Shown in pieces: positions 19,761-29,160 of a DNA stretch of 64,000 nucleotides. The translations under genes and the position numbers were made by a program. Location: contig JBCCLJ010000008.1 in the NCBI GenBank assembly GCA_039026915.1, positions 102-64,101 of the forward strand, read 5' to 3'. The stretch is from Acidobacteriota bacterium. GTDB lineage: Bacteria; Acidobacteriota; Thermoanaerobaculia; Multivoradales; Multivoraceae. The notes under the pieces are model-generated. The model ran no database searches and was not told the origin of the DNA. It worked only from the letters and a program-made list of their open reading frames with translations. Every line of letters starts with the position of its first letter. The first letter of the stretch is position 1.

Positions 19761-20591
19761 ATGCCTGAGGGCGACACGATCTACAAAGTGGCGGAGCGCC
19801 TCGCGCCCGTCCTCGAAGGTGAGCGGTTGCGTCGCGTCGAGCTGCACGGCCGTGACGTGCCCAGTCTCCGGCGCCAGGTGCAGAGCGTGCGTGCTGTCGG
19901 CAAGCACCTCCTCCTGGAGCTCGACAGCGGCGAGACGGTGCGAGTGCACCTCGGCATGCACGGCTCGTGGCATCGCTACGCGCACGGCGAACGCTGGCGC
20001 CGGCCGCAGAGGCAAGCGTCGCTGCGCTTCGACACCGAGGCCAAGGTCTTCGTCTGCTTCAATGCGATGAGGGTCGACTTTCTCGACGCCCGCCAGGTCG
20101 CTCAGCTTGACCGACACCTGGAGCTCGACCTGCTGAAGCCCGGAGCCGAGTTCGACGGCGCCAGGATCATCGAGCGTGCGAGACGGCTCGAGCCGCCGCA
20201 CGCTCCGATCGTCAACGTGCTGCTCAATCAGCGCATCGCTGCCGGAATCGGCAACGTGTACAAGAACGAGGTGCTCTTTCTCGAAGGCATACACCCTCTG
20301 ACGCGCCTCGACCAGACGAGCGACGAGAAGCTCGAGCGTCTCTACGAGCTGAGCAAGGAGCTGCTCGAAGCCAACATGAAGCTGCGCGGCAAACGTCGCA
20401 CGCGCAACGGCACTCCGCATCTGTGGGTCTACAACCGTGCCTCGCAGCCCTGTCTAAAGTGCGACACGGCGATCCGCTGGCAGCCGATGGGACGGGGTCG
20501 TCGGGGCACCTATTGGTGCGAAGAGTGTCAGCCTCGACCCTCTTTGGAGGCGGCCGAACCGGCGTCGTCGACGGCGCAGACACAACGGTGA
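19761..20591 (+). CDS. nei: Fpg/Nei-family DNA glycosylase (endonuclease VIII-like)
   Basis: N-terminal MPEGD, GKHL, HLGMHG, 'LLNQRIAAGIGNVYKNEVLF', C4 zinc finger CLKC...CEECQ. Confidence 0.9.
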   Translation: MPEGDTIYKVAERLAPVLEGERLRRVELHGRDVPSLRRQVQSVRAVGKHLLLELDSGETVRVHLGMHGSWHRYAHGERWRRPQRQASLRFDTEAKVFVCFNAMRVDFLDARQVAQLDRHLELDLLKPGAEFDGARIIERARRLEPPHAPIVNVLLNQRIAAGIGNVYKNEVLFLEGIHPLTRLDQTSDEKLERLYELSKELLEANMKLRGKRRTRNGTPHLWVYNRASQPCLKCDTAIRWQPMGRGRRGTYWCEECQPRPSLEAAEPASSTAQTQR

Positions 20592-20684
20592 CGAAGAGAT
20601 CTGACGCCTGTCGTACGGTCGCTAGACTCCTAGAATTGCGTTTTTGAGACGCCATCATCCCTTACTTTTTCCGGATTCAAACCC

Positions 20685-21785
20685 TTGGCTGACCGTCGTA
20701 CCCGGCTGCTGCGCGCCGCTTTCGTTCTGCTGCTCGCCGTCTCGTGCGCGCAGGTGATCTGGTGGGTCATCGATCAGCGCCGCCTCGCTCTCAGGGTCGA
20801 AGCGACGATTCTCGAGGCCTACGAGCTCGATCGCCGCGCGGCCGAGCGGCTGCTCGACTCCGGTAGTCCATGGAGCGAGCTCGAAGGGCTCTTTCCCCAT
20901 CTGGACTTCGATCGCAGCGAGCCCGTGACGCGTGCGGTCCAGATCGGTGAGGCGGCGCGTGAAGAGATCGCCCGGGAACGACGTCGCCACGTGCGTCAGT
21001 ACGGCTGGGAGGCGGCCTTCTTCCTGGTCGTCCTCATCGTCTGTATGACCGTGCTCTGGCGTGGCCTTCGCGAAGAGGCGCGTCTTCGTGTGCGCCATGA
21101 GAGCTTCCTGGCCACGGTCTCCCACGAGCTTCGGAGCCCCCTGTCGAGCCTGCGACTCCAGACGCAGACAATGCAGCGTCGAAGCCTGGCGGAGGATCGG
21201 CGCGAGGAGCTCTTGCGCCGCAGCGAGAGCGACCTCGATCGCCTCGAGGGGCTGGTCGACAATGTGCTCGAGGCAGCTCGCATCGACGACGCCCGCAAGC
21301 GCGATCTCTTGAGCTGGCACGCCGAGCCGGTGCCCGTCGCCGAGGCTGTGAAGCGTCAGGTGCAGGCCCTCGCTCACGAGGGCGCCGACGAGCGGGTCGA
21401 GCACGACATTGCTGACGGCGTCTCGGTGCTGGCCGATCGCCGCGCCTTCGAGACGATCCTGCGAAACCTGCTCGCCAACGCTCTGCGGGCCACCGAGTCG
21501 GGGGGGCGGGTCGTCGTCGAGGCGCAGGTCGACAACGATGACTTGAGGCTCAAGGTGGTCGATTCGGGAGAGGGCTTCGCCGTCGACGAGTCGGACCACC
21601 TCTTCGAGAAGTTCTACCGCCCGGGAGATGCCCTCAGCCAGCGCAGTGGCGGCACCGGCCTGGGTCTCTACATCGTGCGTCAGCTGGTCCGTCGCGGCGG
21701 CGGCTCGGTGACGGCGATGAGTCAGGGCCCCGGCACCGGGGCGACGTTCGAATTGACCTTGCCCGCAGCGGAGATGGCAGCATGA
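20685..21785 (+). CDS. Membrane sensor histidine kinase
   Basis: Two TM segments; H-box SHELRSPL, N-box NLLANA, DSGEG, FEKFYR, GTGLGL. Confidence 0.9.
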   Translation: MADRRTRLLRAAFVLLLAVSCAQVIWWVIDQRRLALRVEATILEAYELDRRAAERLLDSGSPWSELEGLFPHLDFDRSEPVTRAVQIGEAAREEIARERRRHVRQYGWEAAFFLVVLIVCMTVLWRGLREEARLRVRHESFLATVSHELRSPLSSLRLQTQTMQRRSLAEDRREELLRRSESDLDRLEGLVDNVLEAARIDDARKRDLLSWHAEPVPVAEAVKRQVQALAHEGADERVEHDIADGVSVLADRRAFETILRNLLANALRATESGGRVVVEAQVDNDDLRLKVVDSGEGFAVDESDHLFEKFYRPGDALSQRSGGTGLGLYIVRQLVRRGGGSVTAMSQGPGTGATFELTLPAAEMAA

Positions 21786-22492
21786 GCGCAGTCGAAGGAG
21801 AGATGAAGGTACTCCTCGTCGAGGACGAACCCCACCTGGCTCTCGGCCTCGTCGAGAACCTCGAGGACGAGGGCTATCGCGTCACGCACTGCCCCGACGG
21901 CGAGTCGGGACTCGAAGCGCTCGTCGAGCAGCGCTTCGATCTGGCGGTTCTCGACGTCATGCTGCCGGGACTCGATGGCTTCGCTCTGTGCGAGACGGCG
22001 CGCCGCGACGGCGTCGTCACGCCGGTTCTCTTTCTGACGGCCAAGGGCGGCGTCGATGATCGCATCCGCGGTCTGCGCGCCGGCGGCGACGACTACCTCG
22101 CCAAGCCTTTTCATCTGGACGAGCTGCTACTGAGGGTCTCGGCGATCCTGCGGCGCGCTCGGCGGGAGGAGAAGGAGCTCGTCGAGCTTCAGTTCGGCGG
22201 CAACACCGTGGACCTGCAGGCCTACCGCGCCACGGCCTGGAACGGCCAGGCGCACGAGATGACGCACAAGGAGGCGATGATCCTCAAGACGCTCGCGCTA
22301 CGTGCCGGAGAGGTTGTGTCGCGCGACGAGATCCTCGACCGCGTCTGGGGTCGTGACGTCTTCCCGTCGTCGAGGACGATCGACAACTTCATCCTCAAGT
22401 TGCGCCGTCGATTCGAGAAGGAACCGGAGGAGCCCCTGCACTTTCATTCAGTGCGCGGCGTCGGGTACCGGTTCACCGTCGAGCCGGAGTAG
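21782..22492 (+). CDS. OmpR/PhoB-family response regulator
   Basis: LLVEDE, LDVMLPGLDG, LTAK, DDYLAKPF, wHTH 'SRTIDNFILKLR...SVRGVGYRF'. Confidence 0.93.
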   Translation: MSAVEGEMKVLLVEDEPHLALGLVENLEDEGYRVTHCPDGESGLEALVEQRFDLAVLDVMLPGLDGFALCETARRDGVVTPVLFLTAKGGVDDRIRGLRAGGDDYLAKPFHLDELLLRVSAILRRARREEKELVELQFGGNTVDLQAYRATAWNGQAHEMTHKEAMILKTLALRAGEVVSRDEILDRVWGRDVFPSSRTIDNFILKLRRRFEKEPEEPLHFHSVRGVGYRFTVEPE

Positions 22493-22694
22493 GGACTGGC
22501 GGACAGGACACGAGTCCAGCTCGGTTGTCGCTCTGTCGATCCTCAGACGGGCTTGGGGAAGATTGGTGCCTAGCATTCGCAAGCCTTCGAGGGTCGGCAC
22601 GCACGCCGTCAGCCTGCGCCGGACAGCGTTGCGCGCGCTCTTCGCAAGGACCTCCTCAAAAGGGGCTGTGCCCCCGCAACGGCTTTGCGCCTCA

Positions 22695-23129
22695 GTTCAC
22701 TTGTGGGGCGAATGACGTCGTTCCAACGGAAGGAAGTCGTCGTCATTCGCCTTGGCGAGCTTGGAGCGGTAAAGAGGCTGGATCGAATGCGTGCTAATCA
22801 GCACGCTGATTCCCCGTCGGCGTAGCCGACTCGAGCGACGCGAGCGGCGGTTTCCGTTCACTTGTGGGGCGAATGACGTCGCTCCAACCGAAGGAAGTCG
22901 TCGTCATTCGCCTTGGCGAGCTTGGAGCGCCAAAGAGGCTGGATCGAATGCGTGCTAACCAGCACGCTGATTCCCCGTCGGCGTAGCCGACTCGAGCGAC
23001 GCGAGCGGCGGTTTCCGTTCACCTTTGGGGCGAATGAGGTCGTTCCAACGGAAGGAAGTCGTCGTCATTCGCCTTGGCGAGCTTGGAGCGGAAAAGGGGC
23101 TGGATCGAATGCGTGCTAATCAGCACGCT
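22695..23129. repeat. Tandem array of a 161-bp palindrome-rich unit (2 full copies plus a 113-bp partial copy)
   Basis: Units start at 22695, 22856 and 23017 (GTTCAC...); copies 1 and 2 differ at 5 positions; lies between convergent genes. Confidence 0.95.
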
Positions 23130-23833
23130 CATTCGATCCCGATCAGCTCCACGTCGAAGACCAGGGCCGAGTTCGGACCGATGGGGCTGCCCGGCGGGGG
23201 CTGCATGCCGTAGCCGAGCTCGGCGGGGATGAAGACCTCCCACTGCGAACCGACGGACATGAGCTGCAGCGCCTGCGTCCAGCCGGCGATGACCTGGTTG
23301 AGGCCGAACGTCGTCGGCATGCCGCGGTCGCGCGAGCTGTCGAACTTGGTGCCGTCGATGAGTGTGCCGGTGTAGTGCACGGTGACGCGGTCCGTCGCGG
23401 CGGGCTTGGCGCCCGTGCCTTCGCTGATGATGCGGTACTGGAGGCCGTTGTCGAGAGTGACGACGCCTTCCTTGGTGCCGTTCTCAGCGAGGAAGGCCTG
23501 ACCGGCTTCGAGGTTGGTCTGGGCCGCTGCCGTCATCTTTTCCTGCATTTTGGATTGCAGCTCCTGCATCGTGGCCTGGATCTGGTCCTGGCCGATCTTC
23601 ATCTCGCCGCCCGACAGGGTGTCCTTGAGGCCCTGCAGCACGACGTCGAGGTCGACTTCGATGCCGTCGGCAGCCAGCTGTTTGCCCAGGTTGGCGCCAA
23701 CGATGTAGCTGAGGCGTTGCTCGAAGGTCTCGAGACCCGAGTCTTCGCCCTGGGCGGCGGTGGCGGTGGATTCGGCGCCGCAGGCGACGAAGGCGGCAAG
23801 GCACACGACGGCCAGAACCGGAATGCTCTTCAT
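23129..23833 (-). CDS. FKBP-type peptidyl-prolyl isomerase (Mip/FkpA-like), probable lipoprotein
   Basis: Lipobox-like FVAC; 'SYIVG', 'GLQY', 'VTVHYTGTLIDGTKFDSS', 'VIAGW', 'IPAELGYG', 'LVFDVEL'. Confidence 0.92.
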   Translation of the reverse strand: MKSIPVLAVVCLAAFVACGAESTATAAQGEDSGLETFEQRLSYIVGANLGKQLAADGIEVDLDVVLQGLKDTLSGGEMKIGQDQIQATMQELQSKMQEKMTAAAQTNLEAGQAFLAENGTKEGVVTLDNGLQYRIISEGTGAKPAATDRVTVHYTGTLIDGTKFDSSRDRGMPTTFGLNQVIAGWTQALQLMSVGSQWEVFIPAELGYGMQPPPGSPIGPNSALVFDVELIGIE

Positions 23834-23929
23834 TTGAAACCTCTCGAGGGAAGGGGGAACGGTGCGGCAGGAGGGAAGGCGCCGCAAGAGAGCAAACACT
23901 ATCACCGGCTCGCGGGCCAGCGAAGCGCA

Positions 23930-25063
23930 CTAACGCGACAGAAGGATGGCGCCGCGCTCGACCCGCTCGCGCCGGAAACCCAACAGACGCAGGAAGTTGC
24001 GCACGTCACCGCGCCGTGCGGAAGGCTCGAGGACGAGTACGCCGGGGCGACCTCGGGCGCGGGATACGCCCGGCAGCGCCGTGGCCAGCTGAATGAAGCC
24101 AGCGCGTCGCAGAATCTGGGAGGCGAGCCGCTGGGCCGCACCGTAGTCGCGGACGAGGAAGAAGCCTTCGTCCCCCTGCGGCTGGTAGAGCGGCATCAGG
24201 AGTCGGCCGTCGGCGGGGCTGTGCACCGGGTTCTCCATCTCGTGCGCCAGCAGCTGACCTTCGGAGACCGCCTGGAAGCTGCTGAAGCCCGGCAACATGT
24301 CGAAAGCCGTGCGATCGTCGAGAGCGTGTCGGTAGATCAGCTCGACCATGCGCGGTAGCCCTTGGGCCGCGCGCGTGAGCAACCCCAGGGCGCCCTGCAC
24401 CGCCGGTGCCAACGGGCTCGAAGGTTCGATCATGCCGAGCGCCTCGAGCGACAGCCAGATGGCCGCCTCTGCCCGGTCGACGGAGCCCGGGTCTTCGTGC
24501 TGGCCGCTTTCGAAGACCGTCCCGACGAAGCCTCGGCGGTCGAGCCAGTCGACGAGGGTGCCGTCGAGCTGCTCTTCGATGCCGAGGACCGTGGGTGCCT
24601 GCAGGCGAAGTGCGATGCGCCGACTCTCGAGCCGGTCGACGGCGTTGCTGAAGGGCGGGCTGTCACCGGAGGTCGTGTGCAGGTCGAGCAGGTAGCGATC
24701 GCCGCGTGCCTCGAGCGTCACCTCATCGATCAGATCTGCGATCGCCAGCGTCAGGCCTCCCTCCACGGTGTTGGGACCGTGGTGTCGCAGGCGTGCGACG
24801 CGGCGATCGTTCCAGAGGCGATTGAGATCGCGATCGACGTAACGCTGCTTGAGCGCAATGGCCTCGGGGTTGCCGATCAGGGTGAACAGATCGCCACGGT
24901 CGAGGGGTCCGTCGCGGTCGATCCGTTCCAGCACGCGCTGGATGGCGAGCGTTCCCGCCGGCTCGTTGCCGTGCAGAGAGCCGACACAGAGAAAAGCCGG
25001 GCCGGGTTTCAGGCCCCGTCGTTTCTTGGTGTGTGGGGTGGGTTGGGCGTGGGTGATGGACAC
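23930..25063 (-). CDS. Succinylglutamate desuccinylase / aspartoacylase (M14) family protein
   Basis: HGNE, 'RYVDRDLNR', LDLH, 'FESGQH', 'LMPLYQPQGDEGFF'. Confidence 0.85.
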   Translation of the reverse strand: MSITHAQPTPHTKKRRGLKPGPAFLCVGSLHGNEPAGTLAIQRVLERIDRDGPLDRGDLFTLIGNPEAIALKQRYVDRDLNRLWNDRRVARLRHHGPNTVEGGLTLAIADLIDEVTLEARGDRYLLDLHTTSGDSPPFSNAVDRLESRRIALRLQAPTVLGIEEQLDGTLVDWLDRRGFVGTVFESGQHEDPGSVDRAEAAIWLSLEALGMIEPSSPLAPAVQGALGLLTRAAQGLPRMVELIYRHALDDRTAFDMLPGFSSFQAVSEGQLLAHEMENPVHSPADGRLLMPLYQPQGDEGFFLVRDYGAAQRLASQILRRAGFIQLATALPGVSRARGRPGVLVLEPSARRGDVRNFLRLLGFRRERVERGAILLSR

Positions 25064-25163
25064 GAGAAGATCCAGGGTCGACGTACCTTAGCACCGGCAG
25101 AGGGCGCCACCGGAGCTTCTCGGAAAGCGGATTTCCGTGGATTCACGAGCTATGCTGTCGCCG

Positions 25164-25958
25164 ATGGTCAGCGTTCTGCAGGCGTTGGTTCTGGGGCTGC
25201 TGCAGGGACTCACGGAGTTCCTGCCGATCAGCTCCTCCGCGCATCTCATTCTCCTCCCGCGCTTCGTCGACTGGCCCGATCAGGGCCTGCTCTTTGACGT
25301 GGCGGCCAACACGGGAACTCTCGTAGCGGTTCTGGCCTACTTTCGAGAGGACCTGAGCCAGCTCGTACGCGAGGCCTTCGACGGCAAGATCGGCCTTCTC
25401 GGCTGGCTCATCGTCGCCTCGGTGCCCTTGGGGCTTTGCGGCCTGCTCTTCGGCAGCTTCATCGAAGCCAATCTGCGCAGTCCGCTGCTCATCGCCACGA
25501 CGACACTGGTCTTCGGCATCCTGCTCGGCGCGGCCGACTTCCGCGCACGCCGGCCGGGCGAGCGCCGCAGCGAAGTGGAAGAGCTCACCTGGCGGGACGC
25601 CGTGGCGCTCGGCTTGATGCAGGCTCTGGCGCTGGTGCCGGGTACGTCTCGCTCCGGCATCACCATGACCGGAGGTCTCGGTCTGGGGATGGACCGCGAG
25701 CTGGCGGCCCGGGCTTCGTTTCTGATGGCGATCCCGGCCGGCGGCATGGTCGCAGTGAAGGGCCTGATGGACCTGCGCGGCGGCGCGGTCGATTCCGCGC
25801 AGATGCTGCCTCTGCTGGTCGTCTTCGTCGCCTCCGCGGTCAGCGGCTGGTGCGTGATCACGCTCCTGCTCGCCTGGCTTCGCCAGCGAAGCCTGATGGT
25901 CTTCGTGCTGTACCGGCTCCTTCTGGCGGCGCTGCTCTACTGGACCTTCGCGGTCTAG
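25164..25958 (+). CDS. uppP: Undecaprenyl-diphosphate phosphatase
   Basis: 'QGLTEFLPISSSAHL' and 'PGTSRSG' BacA/UppP motifs. Confidence 0.93.
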   Translation: MVSVLQALVLGLLQGLTEFLPISSSAHLILLPRFVDWPDQGLLFDVAANTGTLVAVLAYFREDLSQLVREAFDGKIGLLGWLIVASVPLGLCGLLFGSFIEANLRSPLLIATTTLVFGILLGAADFRARRPGERRSEVEELTWRDAVALGLMQALALVPGTSRSGITMTGGLGLGMDRELAARASFLMAIPAGGMVAVKGLMDLRGGAVDSAQMLPLLVVFVASAVSGWCVITLLLAWLRQRSLMVFVLYRLLLAALLYWTFAV

Positions 25959-25968
25959 GTCGCGCCGC

Positions 25969-27063
25969 TTAGTTCGGTTCGGCCGGTCCTCCGAGTCGCT
26001 GAAGGACCGCGTCCGTCATCGCGACGGTCGAGACGGCAGCTTCAGGAGCGCCGCCGAGATCGCGGGTTCTCAGGCCGTCGTCGAGCGTGGAGTTCACCGC
26101 AGCTTCGATCGTCGCGGCGGCTTCTTCCTGTCCGAGACTGTGGCGAAGCAGCATCGCTGTGCTCAGGATCGTGCCCAGGGGGTTGGCGATGCCCTGACCC
26201 GCGATGTCGGGGGCCGAGCCGTGGATCGGCTCGTAGAGCCCGAGCGTGCCGTCGCCGAGTGAGGCCGAAGGTAGCAGGCCGAGTGAGCCGGCGAGAACCG
26301 AGGCTTCGTCGCTGAGGATGTCGCCGAACATGTTGCCGGCGACGATCACGTCGAAGGACGACGGCCTCGTCAGCAGGTGCATGGTGCAGGCGTCGACGAG
26401 CAGGTGCTCGAGTTCGACGTCGGGATAGTCCTCGGCAACCCGCGTGACGACTTGGCGCCAAAGGCGCATCGAAGCGAGCACGTTTGCCTTGTCGACCGAA
26501 GTGACTTTGCCGCGTCGCCCTCGTGCGGCCTCGAACGCCACGCGAGCGACGCGCTCGACCTCGGACGCGCTGTAGTTCATCGTGTCCCAGGCGACGCTGG
26601 CGTTGTCTCCTTCGGACGCTTCCTCCCGTGCGCCGAAGTAGATGCCGCCGGTGAGCTCGCGAACGAAGAGCAGATCGCTGCCGTCGAGCAGCTCGGGACG
26701 CAGCGGTGCCTGCTCGACCAGGGCCGGGAAGTGGGGGACCGGTCGCAGGTTGGCGAAGAGACCCAGCTCCGAGCGCAGCTTCAGGATGCCCTGCTCCGGG
26801 CGAACCGGCAGACTCGGATCGGACCACTGGGGTCCGCCGACGGCGCCGAGCAGGATCGCGTCCGCCGTTTGACAGGCCTCCAGAGTCTCGGGCGGAAGCG
26901 GATCGCCGACCGCGTCGATGGCGCAGCCGCCCATCGGGTGGCTCTCCATCTGCAGAGTGAGATCGAACGAGGTTGCAACGACTTCGAGGATGCGCCGACC
27001 CGATTCGGTGACTTCGGGGCCGACGCCGTCGCCGGGGAGGAGAACGACCTTTGCGGAGCTCAA
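25969..27063 (-). CDS. leuB: 3-isopropylmalate dehydrogenase
   Basis: [70 protein letters not shown]; TTG start with AGGAG RBS. Confidence 0.95.
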   Translation of the reverse strand: MSSAKVVLLPGDGVGPEVTESGRRILEVVATSFDLTLQMESHPMGGCAIDAVGDPLPPETLEACQTADAILLGAVGGPQWSDPSLPVRPEQGILKLRSELGLFANLRPVPHFPALVEQAPLRPELLDGSDLLFVRELTGGIYFGAREEASEGDNASVAWDTMNYSASEVERVARVAFEAARGRRGKVTSVDKANVLASMRLWRQVVTRVAEDYPDVELEHLLVDACTMHLLTRPSSFDVIVAGNMFGDILSDEASVLAGSLGLLPSASLGDGTLGLYEPIHGSAPDIAGQGIANPLGTILSTAMLLRHSLGQEEAAATIEAAVNSTLDDGLRTRDLGGAPEAAVSTVAMTDAVLQRLGGPAEPN

Positions 27064-27064
27064 C

Positions 27065-27727
27065 TCAGGACTCCTGGGCGGCCTGGGTGGCTGCGGTCTC
27101 GACCCGCGGTGCTCGCTCGGCTTCCCAGCCGCGGATCGCTTCGAGGCGGTCGACGAGGTAGCCCATCTGATCGACGCCTTCGAGCAGGCAAGCTTTGGCG
27201 AACGGATCGACCGAGAAGCCGAGCGTGCTCGTACCGTCCTCGCTCGGCACCACGAGCGTCTGCTCTTCGAGGTCGATGACGACGCGCGGCGGCGGTGCAC
27301 CCGTCTCTTCGGTCAGGCGCAGCTGAGCGAAGAGGACGCTGCTCGTCTCGGCGTCGATTTCGACGGGGAGCAGGCCGTTCTTCAGCGAGTTGCTGCGGAA
27401 GATGTCGGCGAAACGGGTGCTCAGCACGGCGCGGAAGCCGTTGCCGTAAAGGGCCCAAGGCGCATGTTCTCGCGAGCTGCCGCAGCCGAAGTTGTCGCCG
27501 GCGAGCAGGACCTGAGCTCCTTCGTAGCGCGGCTGATTGAGCACGAAGTCGGGGTCGGTCTCGAGGTTTTCGTCGTCACCACGGTAGCGCCAATTGGCGG
27601 AGAGTCCTTCGGCGATGGTGCTGCGATCGGTGACCTTGAGGTAGCGCGCCGGGATGATCTGATCCGTGTCGACGTTGTCGATCGGCAGCGGTACGACGGC
27701 GCTTTCGAGCGTGGTGAACTTGGCCAT
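27065..27727 (-). CDS. leuD: 3-isopropylmalate dehydratase small subunit
   Basis: NVDTDQIIPA, NFGCGSSREHAPWAL, FADIF..N..KNGLLP. Confidence 0.95.
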   Translation of the reverse strand: MAKFTTLESAVVPLPIDNVDTDQIIPARYLKVTDRSTIAEGLSANWRYRGDDENLETDPDFVLNQPRYEGAQVLLAGDNFGCGSSREHAPWALYGNGFRAVLSTRFADIFRSNSLKNGLLPVEIDAETSSVLFAQLRLTEETGAPPPRVVIDLEEQTLVVPSEDGTSTLGFSVDPFAKACLLEGVDQMGYLVDRLEAIRGWEAERAPRVETAATQAAQES

Positions 27728-27747
27728 GTCGGTTCCTCGTGGCGTCG

Positions 27748-29160
27748 TCAGCTGAGGTCGCGGGCGTCGGCGAGCTCACCGGCGACAGCGCTCGCTGCGG
27801 CGGTGAGCGGGCTGGCGAGGAAGGTCCTGCCTCCCGGCCCCTGACGGCCTTCGAAGTTGCGGTTGGTCGTGCTCACGGCGTACTCGCCCGAGCCGAGTCG
27901 GTCACCGTTCATGGCGAGACACATCGAGCAGCCGGCTTCGCGCCACTCGGCTCCGGCGTCGACGAAGATCTTGGCGAGCCCCCTTTCCTCGGCGGCCTTC
28001 TTCACCTGCTGCGAGCCGGGGACCACGAGCATACGCACGCCGTCGCGCACCCGACGCCCTTCGAGCACGCTGGCCGCAGCCTCGAGGTCCGCGAGGCGCG
28101 AGTTGGTGCAGGAGCCCACGAAGACGACATCGATCTTCTTGCCCTTGAGCGTCTGGCCGGACTCGAGGCCCATGTATTCGAGAGCGCGCTGGTGGGTGAG
28201 CGTCGCCGTCTCGTCGCCCTCGGGCTCCGGTACGGCGCCGTCGATCGGCATCGCCATGCCGGGATTCGTGCCGTAGGTGATCATCGGGCCCAGCGAAGCT
28301 GCGTCGAGGTGCAACTGCTGATCGTAGGTCGCGCCCGGATCGCTGGGCAGCGTCTTCCAGTCCTCGAGAGCGGCCTCCCAAGCTTCGCCCTTCGGCGCGT
28401 AGGGCTTGCCGGCGAGGTAGTCGAAGGTGATCTGGTCCGGCGCGACCATGCCGGCACGGGCGCCGCCCTCGATCGACATGTTGCAGACCGTCATGCGGCC
28501 CTCCATGTCGAGCGAGCGAATCGCCTCTCCCGTGTACTCGAAGACGTGGCCCGTACCGCCTTCGATGCCGATCTCGCCGATCACGCGGAGGATGATGTCC
28601 TTGGCCGTGACGCCTTCCCCCAGCGCGCCGTCGACGCGGATCTCGTAGGTCTTGGCGCGCTGCTGTACGAGGCACTGCGTCGCCAGGACGTGGCCGACCT
28701 CGCTGGTGCCGATGCCAAAGGCAAGAGCGCCGAAGGCTCCGTGCGTACTGGTGTGGCTGTCACCGCAGACGACCGTCATCCCCGGCTGCGTGAAACCGAG
28801 CTCTGGGCCGATGACGTGAACGATGCCGCGGCGGTCGTCGCCCATGTCGAGCAGCGGCACGCCGAACTCGCGGCAGTTCTCACGCAGCGCCTGCAGTTGA
28901 TCGGCCGCCTGCGGGTCGAGGACGCGGAACTTCTGCTCGTCGAGCGACGGATCGGTCGGCGTCGAGTGGTCCATCGTCGCGAGGGTCTGGCCCGGACGAT
29001 GGACCGGAAGACCGCGGTTGCGCAGCTCGGTAAAGGCTTGAGGCGACGTCACCTCGTGCACCAGGTGCAGATCGATGTAGAGGACCGACGGCATGCCGGG
29101 CTCGCTCGGCGGGATCGCTGTGTGGCGCTCCCAGACTTTGTCGTAAAGGGTGCGGCTCAC
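27748..29160 (-). CDS. leuC: 3-isopropylmalate dehydratase large subunit
   Basis: [53 protein letters not shown]. Confidence 0.96.
   Translation of the reverse strand: MSRTLYDKVWERHTAIPPSEPGMPSVLYIDLHLVHEVTSPQAFTELRNRGLPVHRPGQTLATMDHSTPTDPSLDEQKFRVLDPQAADQLQALRENCREFGVPLLDMGDDRRGIVHVIGPELGFTQPGMTVVCGDSHTSTHGAFGALAFGIGTSEVGHVLATQCLVQQRAKTYEIRVDGALGEGVTAKDIILRVIGEIGIEGGTGHVFEYTGEAIRSLDMEGRMTVCNMSIEGGARAGMVAPDQITFDYLAGKPYAPKGEAWEAALEDWKTLPSDPGATYDQQLHLDAASLGPMITYGTNPGMAMPIDGAVPEPEGDETATLTHQRALEYMGLESGQTLKGKKIDVVFVGSCTNSRLADLEAAASVLEGRRVRDGVRMLVVPGSQQVKKAAEERGLAKIFVDAGAEWREAGCSMCLAMNGDRLGSGEYAVSTTNRNFEGRQGPGGRTFLASPLTAAASAVAGELADARDLS

Noticed and set aside
22695-23129. CRISPR array
   Set aside because: Units are 161 bp and near-identical along their full length; there are no unique spacers and no cas genes in the window
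22525-23243. Short ORFs across the repeat (e.g. 22525-22797, 22913-23119)
   Set aside because: The 161-bp period is not a multiple of 3, so frames shift between copies; no RBS or recognisable protein motif
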